NCBI GenBank assembly: GCA_964187785.1
Contig: OZ076409.1
Location: 26,228,001-26,292,000 of the forward strand
Source: Amphiscolops sp. MND2022
Lineage: Eukaryota
DNA length: 64,000 nucleotides
Direction of reading: 5' to 3'
Positions within the stretch are counted from its first letter, which is position 1; the number at the start of each line of letters is the position of its first letter. Made by a program: the position numbers and the translations under genes. The notes beneath the pieces are model-generated. The model made no database searches and was not told the DNA's origin. It saw nothing but the letters and a program-made list of their open reading frames with translations. Positions 36,953-50,000 of the stretch are shown piece after piece.

Positions 36953-39900
36953 ATGGCTGATTTACAAGAGAAAGTCCAGAAGTTGCACGAAAATCGATTG
37001 AAGGCGCAAACCGAACTAAACAGCTTGCAACAGAAGATCTCTGATTCCATTGCCAACGCAGACAGACGAGTAAAAGTTGAACGTCTCGTGAAAGAAGACG
37101 AAGATGCGATGATGAGAGCATTTAGCAAAAACGAACAAATTTTTCGGCTTGCATCAAAAACTACTAATGCTGAGGCACTCAAAGCGGACTTAGAACAGTG
37201 GTTGAAAGAGGTCACTGAGCAGAACGACGAAATTCTGAGAAAAGCCCGCGAGTATATTGATGCTTGCCCAGCAGCTGATGAAAAGTCACATTCTTCGGTC
37301 GGCACTGTTAATGAAAAGGCTTCGAAACGATCTTCGATATCAACGAAATCGAAAACATCAAGTCAGAAACAGAAAGAACTTGTTTTAGCAATGCAACGTC
37401 GGGAAGAACTGGCACGACAGAGTGAAAACGCGCTACGTTTAGCCAAGAAGAGACATGAGTTCGCACGGAAACGCTTAGAAGAAGAACAGGCTCTCCAACT
37501 GGAAGAAATGGCGGAAGAAAACCGGCGAAAACTTGCGGAAGCAAGAATTGCCGAATTGGAGTTGACTGAAAACCTTTCTGAAGCGCCTGATGAATTCCAC
37601 GAAACACTGTCTCGCATTAGCAAACACAGTAGACAAACCGCATCCCAGAGAGTGTCCGACTGGGTCAATGATGTTAATTCGGAACCGCCATAAGCCGTAA
37701 CTACTCAAGCCAACGCAGAAGCCGAATCTTCAAATCCGCCAGTTGCTTCAACAACACTAATAACAGAAGTTGTTCAAAGCGGCTATCCTAACCAACTCGC
37801 AGCGCTTGCATCTGGACTGAACACTTTCCCGCCTGAACAGCAGCTCAACGTTGCCGCTGTCAACTTTTCCATGCCAGTTATAACAAACAGCTCTCCTCCG
37901 TCACTGGCTGCGGCCAGTCATCCACCTTTTCGACACGTGCCGTCTGCAGCCGCCCCTACAACATCACCAACCGTGCCCCCCGTATCTCAGACCCCAAATT
38001 TGCCTTCGCAGACACAACAGCCTGCTATTCCGATTACAACACAGCCTCTGCTCACCATACGATCCAGCCATGCTGTTCCTAACTTGTCTGCTTGGACATT
38101 CCCGGCTTGAAACAGCCTTTCAATAACACAATATACTGGCCCGCCACCTACTAGAGGACAATTCACTCTTTCAGGTAGAGTCGCAGCACCGATCGTGACT
38201 ACCGCCAGTTCGGTTCCAGTTGTTCCAGTCCGAAGTGGAGGAACCACTTATTACTGCAACCCTCAAGCCGTTATGGTTCCTACAGTGACTGGACAGACAA
38301 TACAACCTGCTACAACATTAGTACCTGCTCCAACTTTCCAGAGTTTCCAACATCCAATCGTTCCACCACCAACGCCAACGACAGTAACGGTGAACGATCT
38401 TACTCAACTTTTGTCCGCTGCGAAGAAAGACCATCTTCCTGAGTGGAAACTGGCGCAATATAATGGAGATCCATTGCAATGGCATGAGTGGATAGGTCAG
38501 TTTAGGAGTGCCATTGACTCCGCACCACTTTCAAATGATGTGAAGCTGACGTATCTGAAAACACTCGTGACGGGCAAAACGAAGACAGCAATTGCGGAAT
38601 TTGCATACTGCGGAACTATGTACCAAGATGCACTGAAGACGCTAGAGCGGAAATTTGGGCAACCACAGGCAGTTGTGTCGGCCCATCTTGACAAACTGAA
38701 TAACTTCCCGCCATTAAAAATGCATAACAGCGATAATGTGATCGCATTTTCTGCAACAATTTCCGCTATGGTCTGCGTGTTCCGCTCTCTAAAATACGAA
38801 CACGACTTGTCAAGTGCAGCCTTATTGGGTCAAGCTGTGCACAAACTTCCTCCTAACATGAAGGAAGCTTGGTCTTTGCATACTCTGAAGAAAGATTGGA
38901 CCCGACCGACCCTTTTGGATTTCAACGACTGGTTGAAAGATAAAGCCGAAGCACATGAGAGAATGAAAGTGTCTTCAGCGAAACCGAAGGCTGACGAAAG
39001 TGCTCCTACTGTTACACGCACCAAGACTGGAGCAAAGGTGTTCGCCGCGGCTAGTTCTAATGCACCTTCAACTGGAACTTCAACCAAGACAAACCGAGTG
39101 CAATTAGCTTGCATTGCTTGCAAAGAAAATCATCCTTTATGGCGATGTCGCGTGTTTCTCAGTAAAACACCTACCGAAAGAGCAAAGGTAGTTGCCGAAA
39201 ACAAACTTTGCTTCTCGTGTTTCAAAGGAAACCACTCTTTCCGTCAATGTCCGCAACCACGCAAGTGCAATAAAGATGACTGCTCCAGTTCTCATAATAC
39301 TCTGTTACACGGTGCCGAACGAGTCTTCCAACCAAGAACCACTCCGAAAACGTCACGAAACCAAGTAACTAGTTCTTGTAGCTCCACAACACCAAACAGC
39401 CAAACGGGTGAAAGTTCCGGCGTGTGTTCGGTAACCGACATGAAAGGACTTCTCCAAATCACAGAAGTCGAAGTTCATATCGGCACTAATTCCGCAAAGG
39501 TGCTAGCTTTGTGTGACTCTGCTTGCAGTCACTCGTGGATTTCCAAAAAACTTGCAACAAAGCTCAACCTGAAAGGTTTACCAACCAAGTTAACAGTCCA
39601 TGGGATAAACTCACAACAGGTTGTTGACACTGAGATAGTTGAGCTCAAGTTGACGCCCGTTCATTCGGGTGGCTCTTGCTCTGCTTTCAATGTCAAACCT
39701 TATGTGAGAAAGACTTTGCACGTTGGAAATGATGTCATCGATGTGGACTCTCTGAAAACAAATTACCCTCACTTGGAGCCCATTGCTCTAAAGACATACA
39801 GTTACGGAGATGTCGAAATGATACTGGGTCAAGACGTGTTCCATTCAATCCGCCCGTTGGAGTCTTTTGAATCCGACCGAAAAAATTCTCCAATTGCCGT

Positions 39901-42900
39901 TCGAATACCGTTGGGTTGGGTTTTGAGTGGACCATTGCCTTCGACTTCAGGACTCGTTTCGACGTGCTTCAAATCTGTGATCCAAAGTGAGAGTGACTCC
40001 CAGTTGGCCGATCAACTTCGGAGTTGGTACGAAATGGAATCCTTTGCAGCGAAGAAACAAGTCGACCCTCGCTCAGCTGCCGATGCTAGAGCGTCGAAAA
40101 TTTTGCAAGACACGACATATCCTGACGGATGCCGATATCAAGTCGGTATGTTGTGGGCTGATGACGACAGTAGTCTTCCGAACAACTACTTCTCAGCACT
40201 AGTGCAACTGAAATCCCTTGAACGCCGACTCGAACGTACTCCCGAACTGAGAGCAAGCTACGCTCAGACGATAAAAGACGACTTCGACAAGGGATACATC
40301 GTTAAGGTCGACAAGTCCGACTGTTTCAAAGTTGAAAACCCTCGTGAGTGGTACCTACCGCATCACCCAGTGTTACACCCACACAAGCCTGGGAAAGTAC
40401 GTCGTGTACTCAATGGCGCAGCCAAATTCCACGGTAGTTCACTGAACAACGCTCTACTTACTGGTCCTGACTTGTTACAAACTTTGATTCACGTGCTAAT
40501 GCGCTTCCGACAACATCCTTACGCTGTCTCCGCTGATATAGAAGGAATGTTTTTGCAAGTTGGCGTGATTCATCAAGACCGACCGTCTCTGCGTTTTCTG
40601 TGGCGGGAGGACCCAGCAACAAACGTCGCTGTGTACCAGTACATACGCCACATTTTCGGTTCAAAGGATTCACCGACTTGTGCCAACTATGCGCTTCAAC
40701 GAACAGCACGTGATAACCGCAAAAAGTTCCCGGAAGCCGCGAAAAGTGTCGAAAACAATTTTTACATGGACGATTATCTCGAGTCGAGCGCGACTATTGA
40801 CGAAGCAACCAAGAAAGCTCAAGACCTTGTGAAAATGTTATCGAAAGGCGGTTTCACGTTAACCAAGTTTGTCAGTAACGTTCCCAACTTATCTAACCAC
40901 CTCGACCCGAAAATTGAACTTGATACCAAAACCGATGAGAAACTCTTGGCAGCCGAAGATGAAAATTCTCATGTCTTAGGCTTGAAATGGAACCACCGGT
41001 TTGACACATTAGTTGTCAGCCGCGGAACCAGTCCCGACTTGAACCGACCTGTAACACAACGCGTTGTATTAAGCCTTGTCTCGGCAGTGTACGACCCCAT
41101 TGGATTTGTCGCGCCATACACTGTAACAGCCCGGCTTTTGTTAAAAGACATTTGGCGCCTGAGCGGGCAACAATGGGACAATAACCTGCCCGACGAAATC
41201 TGTAGAAAATTCCTCGATTGGGCCGAAGAACTTCCCACTTTGAGTACAATAACAATTCCACGTTGTTACTTCCAAGGCAACACTGAATCTGTTGAGTTGC
41301 ACATATTTGGGGACAGCTCTCAAAATGCATTCTCTGCAGTTGCCTATCTCCGTGCGAAGGTGAGCAACAGGAAAGGTATGACAACCGAACTAACCTTTGT
41401 ATTCGGGAAAGCTCGCGTCTCTCCAATGAAAGCACTCACGATACCTAAGTTGGAGCTTCAAGCAGCTCTTCTCGCCGCCCGATTGAAAGATGAAGTTCAA
41501 AAGGCACTCATTCTAACTGTCGAGCGAACGTTAATGTGGACAGACAGCACTACTGTACTACAATGGCTCCACTCCATTGACAAACAACCCGTGTTCGTCG
41601 CCAATAGAGTTCCCGAGATACTTGAGCTGACGACAATCGACGAGTGGAACCACGTACCAACAGTCGACAACCCGGCCGACGCAGGCACCCGTGGCCTGTC
41701 AGCAAAAGCTCTTTTAGAGAGCTCATGGCTGAAAGGTCCTGCCTTCCTAAAGACTTCTGATTGGCCCTTCAAACCATCAGACGAAATTATGAAGTCAAAA
41801 TGGAAGAAACTCGACCCCGACAATGTACTTACTGAACCCAATTACCAAGAAACGACAGCAAATGCAGTCTTCAATGCCCTAACTCTTGAGTGGCAAAAGT
41901 ACAGCTCTTACGAGAAACTTTTGCGCATTTTGGCTTACATTTTGCGTCTTTTGCCGAAATTCTCTGGTAACCGAACAGAAACAGGTTCCATAACGGATCC
42001 TGCCGAACTCGAAGTTGCCGAGCAGAAACTTATCTACTTGGTACAATCCGAATCATTCCCTAATGAGAAGAAAGCAATGCTGAAATGTTTGCCGTTTTGT
42101 AAACCGTCAGGCATAAAAGATTTTACTCCCTTCATCGGTCCAAACGGTCTTATCCGCGCACAAGGTCGAACGAAACAAATCGAAGTTTCCAGTTTTGACA
42201 TCAAACATCCCATCTTGCTTGACAGTCGCCACCCTGCAGTTCGATTATTCCTTGAGCACCTACACGAGAAACACTGCCATCAAGGTGTAGAGTACCTGAG
42301 AGCCTTGATACAGCAGAAGTATGCCATTGTCGAATTGAGAACTGCCCTGCGAACGATACAATCCAGATGCGTAACTTAGCGCAAACGCAAAGCGGAAACT
42401 TTGACACCGATGATGGCTGATTTGCCAAAAGAACGCATTGCCTTTGCATCGCCACCGTTCACGAACACTGGATTAGATTACTTTGGTCCCTTCTACGTTT
42501 CAGTTAAACGCTCCACAGAGAAGCGGTGGGGATTTCTCTTCACGTGTTTGACTACCCGCGCTGTCCATTTTGAAGTTGTGCAGTCAATGGACACTAGTAG
42601 TTGCGTCATGGGAATTGAGAGATTTGTTTCCCGTCGGGGAAACCCTTCCGTTATCTGGTCGGACAACGGGACTAACTTTGTTGCGACTGAGAAAGAACTC
42701 CTTCAGAACGTTCTTAACTGGAATCAGCAAGCAATCACTGAGTCCATGGTCAAGAAAGGTATCAACTGGAAGTTCAATTCTCCTAGCGCCCCACACCATG
42801 GCGGTGTCTGGGAAAGACTAGTGAGAAGTTTCAAACACACTTTCTATGCGATACTTGGCAACAGACGTTTGACGGACGAAATCCTAACAACTGTTTTCTG

Positions 42901-43366
42901 TATAGTAGAGCAGAGCCTCAACGCTCGCCCGTTAATTCCAGCAAGCGCAGATGCCACTGATACGGATGCTTTGACACCCAACAACTTCCTGCTTGGAACC
43001 GCTGGCTCGTCTCTACCGTCTCACTCCAACAGTGATTTCGACCACCGCAAGCGATATGCACGCGCGCAAACATACTCTGACGCCATCTGGACCAGATGGC
43101 TGAAAGAGTACGTACCGACTTTGAATCGCCGCGCGAAGTGGTCCGCACAGTCTGACAAACAACTGAAGACTGGAGATCTCGTTTGGATCGTGGAAGCCAC
43201 AAGTCCGAGAGGCTACTACCCTCTCGCACGTATAGTCAAACTCCACTTTGGCAGCGATGCTGTCGCCCGCTCTGCTGAAGTTAGAACCACGTCTGGAAAC
43301 CTCGTCCGTCCAGTCGTGAAACTAGCCCCAGTGCGTCCTCTCCCTTATCCTACTGATGAATTGTAA
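36953..43366 (+). pseudogene. BEL/Pao gag-pol polyprotein with three in-frame nonsense codons (37691, 38108, 42377)
   Basis: The ORF-track pieces share one frame. DUF1759 gag, three zinc knuckles, protease LCDSAC, RT (YLPHHPV, ADIEGMFLQV, YMDD), Pao RNase H (FGDSS, WTDST, NPADAGTRG), integrase (GLDYFGP, SDNGTNF, GGVWERLV) and DUF5641-like C-terminus. Confidence 0.95.
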
Positions 43367-43503
43367 CCCGTAACATTTGTACTTTTTCTGTTTAACCACA
43401 TGTATCTTTGTTACACATGTATCATATAGTGTCGTTGTACCAAACCAAAAAAAAATTTTGTTTCGAATACGAAAACATTTCTCATCTTCTTGGGCCCGGA
43501 GGA

Positions 43504-43934
43504 TGTTGCGGCGCAATACAAACAAGGCGTGATTAAATTAAGCAAATAAAAAGGCAGGTTGGCGGAATGGTTAGTGCGTTGGCTTTCTAACCATAAGATC
43601 GCAGGTTCAATTCCCCGTAACTGCAAATATTTGGGAAAAAATCCAAATATCCAAAATATCTCTAATTTTTTGCAAATATATCTCAAAATAACCTTGAAAA
43701 CACTGCAAAAAGGTCTTGCTATCTTGTTATTTACCATTGTTTGTTATTGTTTGTAAATGTTATTGTTCATTTGTCTGCCAAAAGCAATATTCTGACCGTT
43801 TAACATACTCATTGTTGCCTCGATTTGTGATCGGATCCCATTTGTATACGTTTGGCCCTTAATTCATTATTGAAATCTCTCCAATTGAACTCTAAATACG
43901 AAGTCAAGGTTACCGAGAATTTAGCCTTTTTACA
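43504..43934 (+). repeat. 3' LTR of element B
   Basis: Direct repeat of 35049-35479, preceded by the PPT and followed by the TSD. Confidence 0.95.
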
Positions 43935-44528
43935 GTGTGGATTGAAAAAAAAGAAAAAAAGTCACTATAATAGTCGCGTTTCACTTCATGAAGCGCCGAC
44001 TAAAAATGGGTTTTTGAACAGAAAAGAGCCCATATGGAATATGGACGGACAATCCCAAAAAATATAGTTGTGTTTCAGATCAAAATCTGGAAGCAAAATT
44101 TGCACCTAGGACTTTTTTGTTTAAAGCATATCCCAAGAAAAAAGTGTCCATATAAAGTTTTAGCCTGTGAAATTTGCTGTTTTTAGCTTCTTGGTACAGA
44201 AGTGTATGATCTTGGAAATGCAAAGCATTTTGCACTTCTTCAAAAGTTTTAAACTTATCTCTATTCAAGAGAAGAGAAAATGAGGGATCGAAATTTGAAC
44301 TTTCCTTGGTTCCAGTATGTACTGTTTCCGCATAAGAAACCTAAAGTGCCATTGCGGTCGTAAACTAACAGCAAAAGATAATTTTTATAAGCGTTTTTGG
44401 TAACTGCAACTATATTAACCAGTCAAACAACAAAGTATAGTTGAGGAACTAACTGGGACTCCCTCCATTTAAGTTTAGTACTTCTCTGGCGCGTTGAACG
44501 ATGCTTTTGCTTCCATAGATCTAATTTG

Positions 44529-45271
44529 TCATTTGCCTTTATTCTCCTGTCGGTCTTTTTTAATATCAGCATCAGACTCGGCCACAGATTTCTCGGGAAC
44601 TGAGAGTTGAGCCGAAGACTCCGGACTCTGATCATGAACCAAGTTCTGGATTTCTTCAATCAGAGCTTCCAGAGCGGATTTATCGTCTTCTGTCAAAACA
44701 GGCTCTCTCGTGTCATATGGTGAATCTGTCAATGCCATAAAGTGCAAAACCGCTTCGTTTGTATGGTCGAAATCTTTAGCCCGCGCCATCGCTTGAAGTC
44801 TGCCAAAATCGCTTATAAGCTGATCGCAAAGCTGAACTTCTCCTCGTAAGATCTCTTTCTCCTTGTGAAGTTTTTCCACCAATGACTTCAAGTGACTGGA
44901 AGACTTATTACAAAGTTTTGACTGGTAGTCGATTTCAACTAATCTGTCCTCGAAATTGAAGTCGTCAAGTTTTTCTGCAAATTCCTTCTGTTTCATGAAC
45001 TCGATATAAACAACATCGTGATGTTTTCCTTTACCTCCCGTGTGGCCAGTTTTCCAGCATAATTTGCAGATGTCCAGATCGCAGGCATGACAGTGGAATA
45101 GAATTTCATATTGTGTGTGAATAGGGCAGTTGGGTCTTTTGCGTTTCTTTCGCTGCTTGCTTGGCCCAATTGTGTTTGGGTTCAGGTTCTGCCCGTCCGA
45201 TGTGCCTTGCTGTTTTTCCACATTCTGCTGAGGAGAACTTTGTCTTGCCGCTTGTTGCTGTTGCTGTGCAC
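44529..45271 (-). CDS. Terminal exon of a B-box zinc finger and coiled-coil (TRIM-like) protein
   Basis: Acceptor CTAACCAACTATAG|GT. Encodes AQQQQQ..., NLS-like KQRKKRKRP, B-box2 pattern CPIH...CHACDLDICKLC...H...HH, then helical sequence. The upstream exon was not identified. Confidence 0.75.
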
Positions 45272-47050
45272 CTATAGTTGGTTAGTTTTCGAACCCTTTT
45301 TGCTTCCCAGACTACCAAAAAATGGGAAACTTCTACAAACGTGCATTTAAAAAATTAATCTTAGTAATCAACCTCAGCCGAAAATAATTTTCGGACACTT
45401 TGGTGCTTTTCAATCATTATCTTAGGAATTGGTTGTTTCCCTTATCAGAAATGTTCGTGGGTTTTACTTTCATTCAACCGAGGAAAATCATTACTTCAAT
45501 GGAAGACGGTAACTATTCTAATTGTCTTAATGTTGCTCGTTATATGAAAATGGAAATTACAAAATCGTATCACAGATATAAGGTATATGTGATGAGATCA
45601 TTGTTTAAACGGCATAATAGAAAACCCACTTGTATCATCAAGCCAAAAAAGTATTATACTAAATGGAAAGTAATGGGAAGGAAATGGTAGAGTGAAGTTG
45701 CCTTGAGGGGTTTTGTATTTATCGTATGACCCCTTGTTTCGATCGTCACTCATGGTTTCTGAGGGTCATCCACATGCAGGGGCTATGTGTGCACCCCCGA
45801 GTCCCTACCCTCCGTAACTGAAGGCCGATTAGCGCCCCGCAAGACAGGGGAACACAACGGAGTTGGAACACAAGACTGCTGCAGTTGGTTGCTTTGAATT
45901 TACTCTTCGCTTGCGAAACATTTCAAGTTTCTAGTCATGGTATTTCTAATTGTTACGTCATTGGAATCAAACAAGATTCAAAAGCATGTCATTGAATTAG
46001 TATGTATCCAAAATTGAAATTTGTTCAAATCATTTCCATTCAAAGCAATTCATTTTGTTTGTACTATAGAATAAAATTCTAAAATGACGTTACTCGAATT
46101 TCATTGCAGTGTATTATTTATGTACTACTTAGCAAGTTCTCATTCATCAAGTCTTAAGTCATTGATAACTTTGAGAAGTTTCCGGAAGACGCCGCAACAA
46201 ATTCAAAAATTGCAAGTTTTTTGGCTTAGATTTTCTCTTGAAACTTTTGGCCAAAAATTACAAAATCGTTCATATTTGTGGCGTTCTTAATGAGAACCTT
46301 GCCAAGCATTTCAAAATCCAAAGTTTTCACGATTATGCAAGATCGAGAGGAAAACCCTTATGTCAAGAAACCCGAGAGGAAAACAGCTGAACTAAATCGA
46401 GATTTTTCGCTCTTATTGTTCATCGCAACGAATTTTCCCAAACTCCTAAATTATTGGAATTGTTTTTCAGACCTTTACGTAAAATGTTTTCACTCGCTGT
46501 TTATCCGAATTGAATTCATCTCCCACAATTTTCTACCGATGGGTATTTTCTACCGATTTTCATTCGTTTGAAATAAAAAGGCCGGGTAGGTCGAACTATT
46601 CGTTCTAGGTAGTTTGAACTGAATTGACGAAAAAAGTAACGAAAAAATTGACAACTACACATAATAGAAAAATCCGGATATAACGACACACATTTAAGTT
46701 CAAAGAACTAATTCCAGTTTCTTGTGACATAAAGGTCACAATCGTGATCCATAATAGGATACAATTACAACTTGGATCCAGGAATGTTTAGAATTCTGTA
46801 TCCACAGTTTATCTTCCAAGTCAGGATACCAGCGAAATCTGAAATGAGATAGTTGATAAACAGTTAGGTGAAGTTACTCATCATAGTTTACAATAGCACA
46901 CATCGAATTTAATAAACAAAGTGAAATCTCCAATCAAACGGTTAGATCCCTATTTCTGAAACCATTTCCAGTTTTGAATCACCAGAGATAACTTGGCTGC
47001 ATCTTTTCTCTGTCTTTTAACTTAGTCCTAAATCACGTGATCAAACCAAC

Positions 47051-50000
47051 ATGTACTTCGTGTCTCCTAGTCTCCTGTGTGGGTTTTTAACCCTGCTTTT
47101 TGTGAAATCAGCGTTAACCTCACCTGTGGTATCATCTGTTGATGGTTAGTTATAGAAGTTATCAATGAGCATTTATATAACTGTAGTTGTATATAACTTT
47201 GCATGTCTTTTGGGTAGATAGCCTTTTCAAAATGCCAAGCAAAGCCTTTTGAATGCAAAGCCAAAATTAGACGTCTATAGAAATTGTCAAACTTAGATAT
47301 GGGAAAAATTTTCAAGCGAGACTCATCTCTTACAAAATTCGTTCAAGAAAATGGCTGGCACGTTTTTTGCACAAAAAGTTTTCTTGCAAGATTTTTCTTG
47401 CAAAAAAGTATATATATTTTAAAATATCTTATATCTAAAATTCTTATATTTAAAAATATCCTAACAAGAATCTTACATGATTTCCAATTTTTGACAAGTA
47501 GTGTATACATTACTTTTACTGATGGAAAGTTTTGGAATCAATGCTATTTTCAAAAAAGAACATTGCACTTTTTATGCTCTCAAGCCATTTGAATTCCAAT
47601 TGCACTTGCAATTGTTTTCGGTGATGCATCGATCTGTGATGAGTTGCCTTTAAAAAAGAAACTTCATTTAAGAAGACTTTTTAAACCTTCTAGTCAGAAT
47701 GCCGATGAAAAAACCAAACGCTCAAGAGAATATTTTACTGCAGAACGGAAAAAACTCTATCAATAGAAGGAACATTTAAATGACAGAACGAAACCAACAT
47801 TTTTGGGTTGCTAAGCCAGAATAATATTTTTCCTTCTTGTTGTGATCTCTTCAAGAACTTGGTGAAGGTTATCGATCTCTTTTTGCGTTTGTGCGGTTGA
47901 GGTTTGCCTCAAACTTCAAGACTTGAAACCTCCGCTGGTCGGAATTGCAATTTTCGATGATCTTTCAAACAAAATTTGATGAATATCGCTGTTGCACAAA
48001 ATTTTTTTCATAAGTGAATAATGTACACAAGCAAACCCAATGATTCAATTCGAAATTCTCGGTTACAAGGCAGCAGGCGAAATTTTTAAAATACTAAATG
48101 AAACATCCATTTTATCCCTTTTTACGAAGCTTCTCGACAGAAAAATGCATTAAAAGTTTTCTAGAACTGAACAAGGACCTAAATTTTGACAATAATAATA
48201 TTGATCCCAGCGATTGATATCTTGAATATCTTGCCAAGATATTAGGAAAATCTTGAATTCTTGATATCTTGGAAAAATCGTAGGTTTTATCTTGACATCT
48301 TGAGTTTCTTGGCGAGATCTTGGATTTCATCTTGGATATCTTGACAAGATCTTGGATCTTGAAGAGATCTTGAATATCTTGCCAAGATCTTAGGAAAATC
48401 TTGAATTCTTGATATCTTGGAAAAATCGTAGGTTTTATTTTGACATCTTGAGCTTCTTGGCGAGATCTTGGATTTCATCTTGGATATCTTGACAAGATCT
48501 TGGATCTTGAAAAGATCTTGAATATCTTGCCAAGATCTTAGGAAAATCTTGAATTCTTGATATCTTGGAAAAATCGTAGGTTTTATCTTGACATCTTGAG
48601 CTTCTTGGCGAGATCTTGGATTTCATCTTGGATATCTTGACAAGATCTTGGATCTTGAAAATCTTGGTAAGATCTTGGATCTTGAATATCTTACCAAGAT
48701 CTTGGATTTTGTCTTGACATCTTGAATATCTTGAATCCTGTCACGTGTGTTATATAAATCCATATCAGCAGAGAGCCTCCACCTCAGAATAAGGACATTG
48801 CTCAGTTTCTGGAAGCGTTGCTTGCAGAAGAACTACATGCTCGACAAATATATTCTTGGAATCTATCTTGGATTTCCTGGTAAGATCTTGGACTTCATCT
48901 TGGATATCTTGACAAGATGTTAGATTTCATCTTGGATATCTTGACAAGATCTTGGATTCTATCTTGGATTTCTTCGAAGATCTTGCCAGAACTTGTAAGA
49001 TCTTGGCAAGATCTTGGAAGAGTTGCAAGATCTTTGCAAGATTTTGGAAGGTCTGGAAAGAGCTTGGCAAGATATTCAAGATGTCGAACGCTGGGATAAT
49101 ACTCGTACAAAAAGAATTAAATTACTCCCTTTTTATATGAAAAAGCGAAACGAATACATTGATCCTTATGAAACTTATAGTCACATTAACCTCGCTCACA
49201 TGTTTTTACTTATGTTTATCTTGTGTAATTAGTTTTTTTTCCTTTTCAGAAGATGGGAGCGCCCTTGACAAATTGTCTGAACTGCTGACAGATGTGTTGG
49301 TGCAACAGGTGGGAGACGCAGCTGCTGTGTTGGCAGAGGCACAAAAGAGGCAGATGGAAGCGAACGAGACTGGGAGCATCGAGAAACGACAGGAAGATGA
49401 CGCTGTGCTCAACGTCACAGAAGTACTCGCCATGAAACGAGGCCAAGTGTTGCAGTTCGTGTCTCGGCAGATTGAGGACGTTTTAGCCAATCAGACGATC
49501 GCAATCGACGTCAAGAAACGACAAGATTTGGAACGTCAGGTTACATACAAACAGAATTCCAGAATAAGAAAGTATCTGAAAAAGGTTTAGGAAATGTTAC
49601 TGCTTATTTGGCAGTTATTTGGCACGTTGTTCTTTATGCTCAATTTTCAACTGTTTTCTGCAATTGGTGTGCAAGTATGCGGTTGTGGTTATAGAACTCC
49701 GCCGAGTTCATTAACAAAAGAGCTACTCAGCTATTTTTAATTATGTCCAAGCGAAAAGTGTCAAATGAGCAAAAAGTCAGAACTTTCAATTTTTGAATTT
49801 GCGAACAAAATTTGAACGTTGTTGTTGGTATACGTTTTTCGGTCACGATCGAGCCTTTTCAAAATGCGTCGTTGCTAAGGTAATTCAGGATCGAAAGTAT
49901 CCCGGTGCTCAAAGAGCATCTTGATATACAATCGGTATAGGAAAGTACCTCAACTCTGAAGTCGGCTAATTTTTCTGATAAAATAAAAATTCTTTGCTCT

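Larger units (their letters stand above)
35049..43934 (+). mobile_element. Full-length BEL/Pao LTR retrotransposon B (8886 bp)
   Basis: 431-bp LTRs (35049-35479, 43504-43934), TGTTG...TTACA, about 6 substitutions by eye. TSD GTGTG (35044-35048, 43935-43939); PBS TGGTGGCCATAGAGAGG at 35480; PPT GGGCCCGGAGGA. Confidence 0.97.
34271..44005 (-). mobile_element. DINE-1/Helentron-like repeat copy split by BEL element B (34271-35043 and 43940-44005)
   Basis: Same termini and ~110-bp internal GGGGGACCCTTT modules; the sequence resumes after the BEL TSD. Confidence 0.55.

Noticed and set aside
37691..42379. Programmed readthrough or frameshift between the BEL ORF pieces
   Set aside because: The three stops are in frame, lack a leaky context, and one replaces a conserved integrase zinc-finger Cys. 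They are best read as nonsense mutations. ORF0 staying intact in this one copy is also expected from its small size.
46990..47003. MQP micro-exon as first exon of the B-box gene
   Set aside because: The phase fits, but the donor is weak and it lies only ~50 bp from the opposite gene's ATG; unsupported without cDNA.
48217..48660. CRISPR-like array (also considered for 54673-54890 and 62514-62682)
   Set aside because: These are tandem repeats without unique spacers, there are no cas genes, and the context is eukaryotic.
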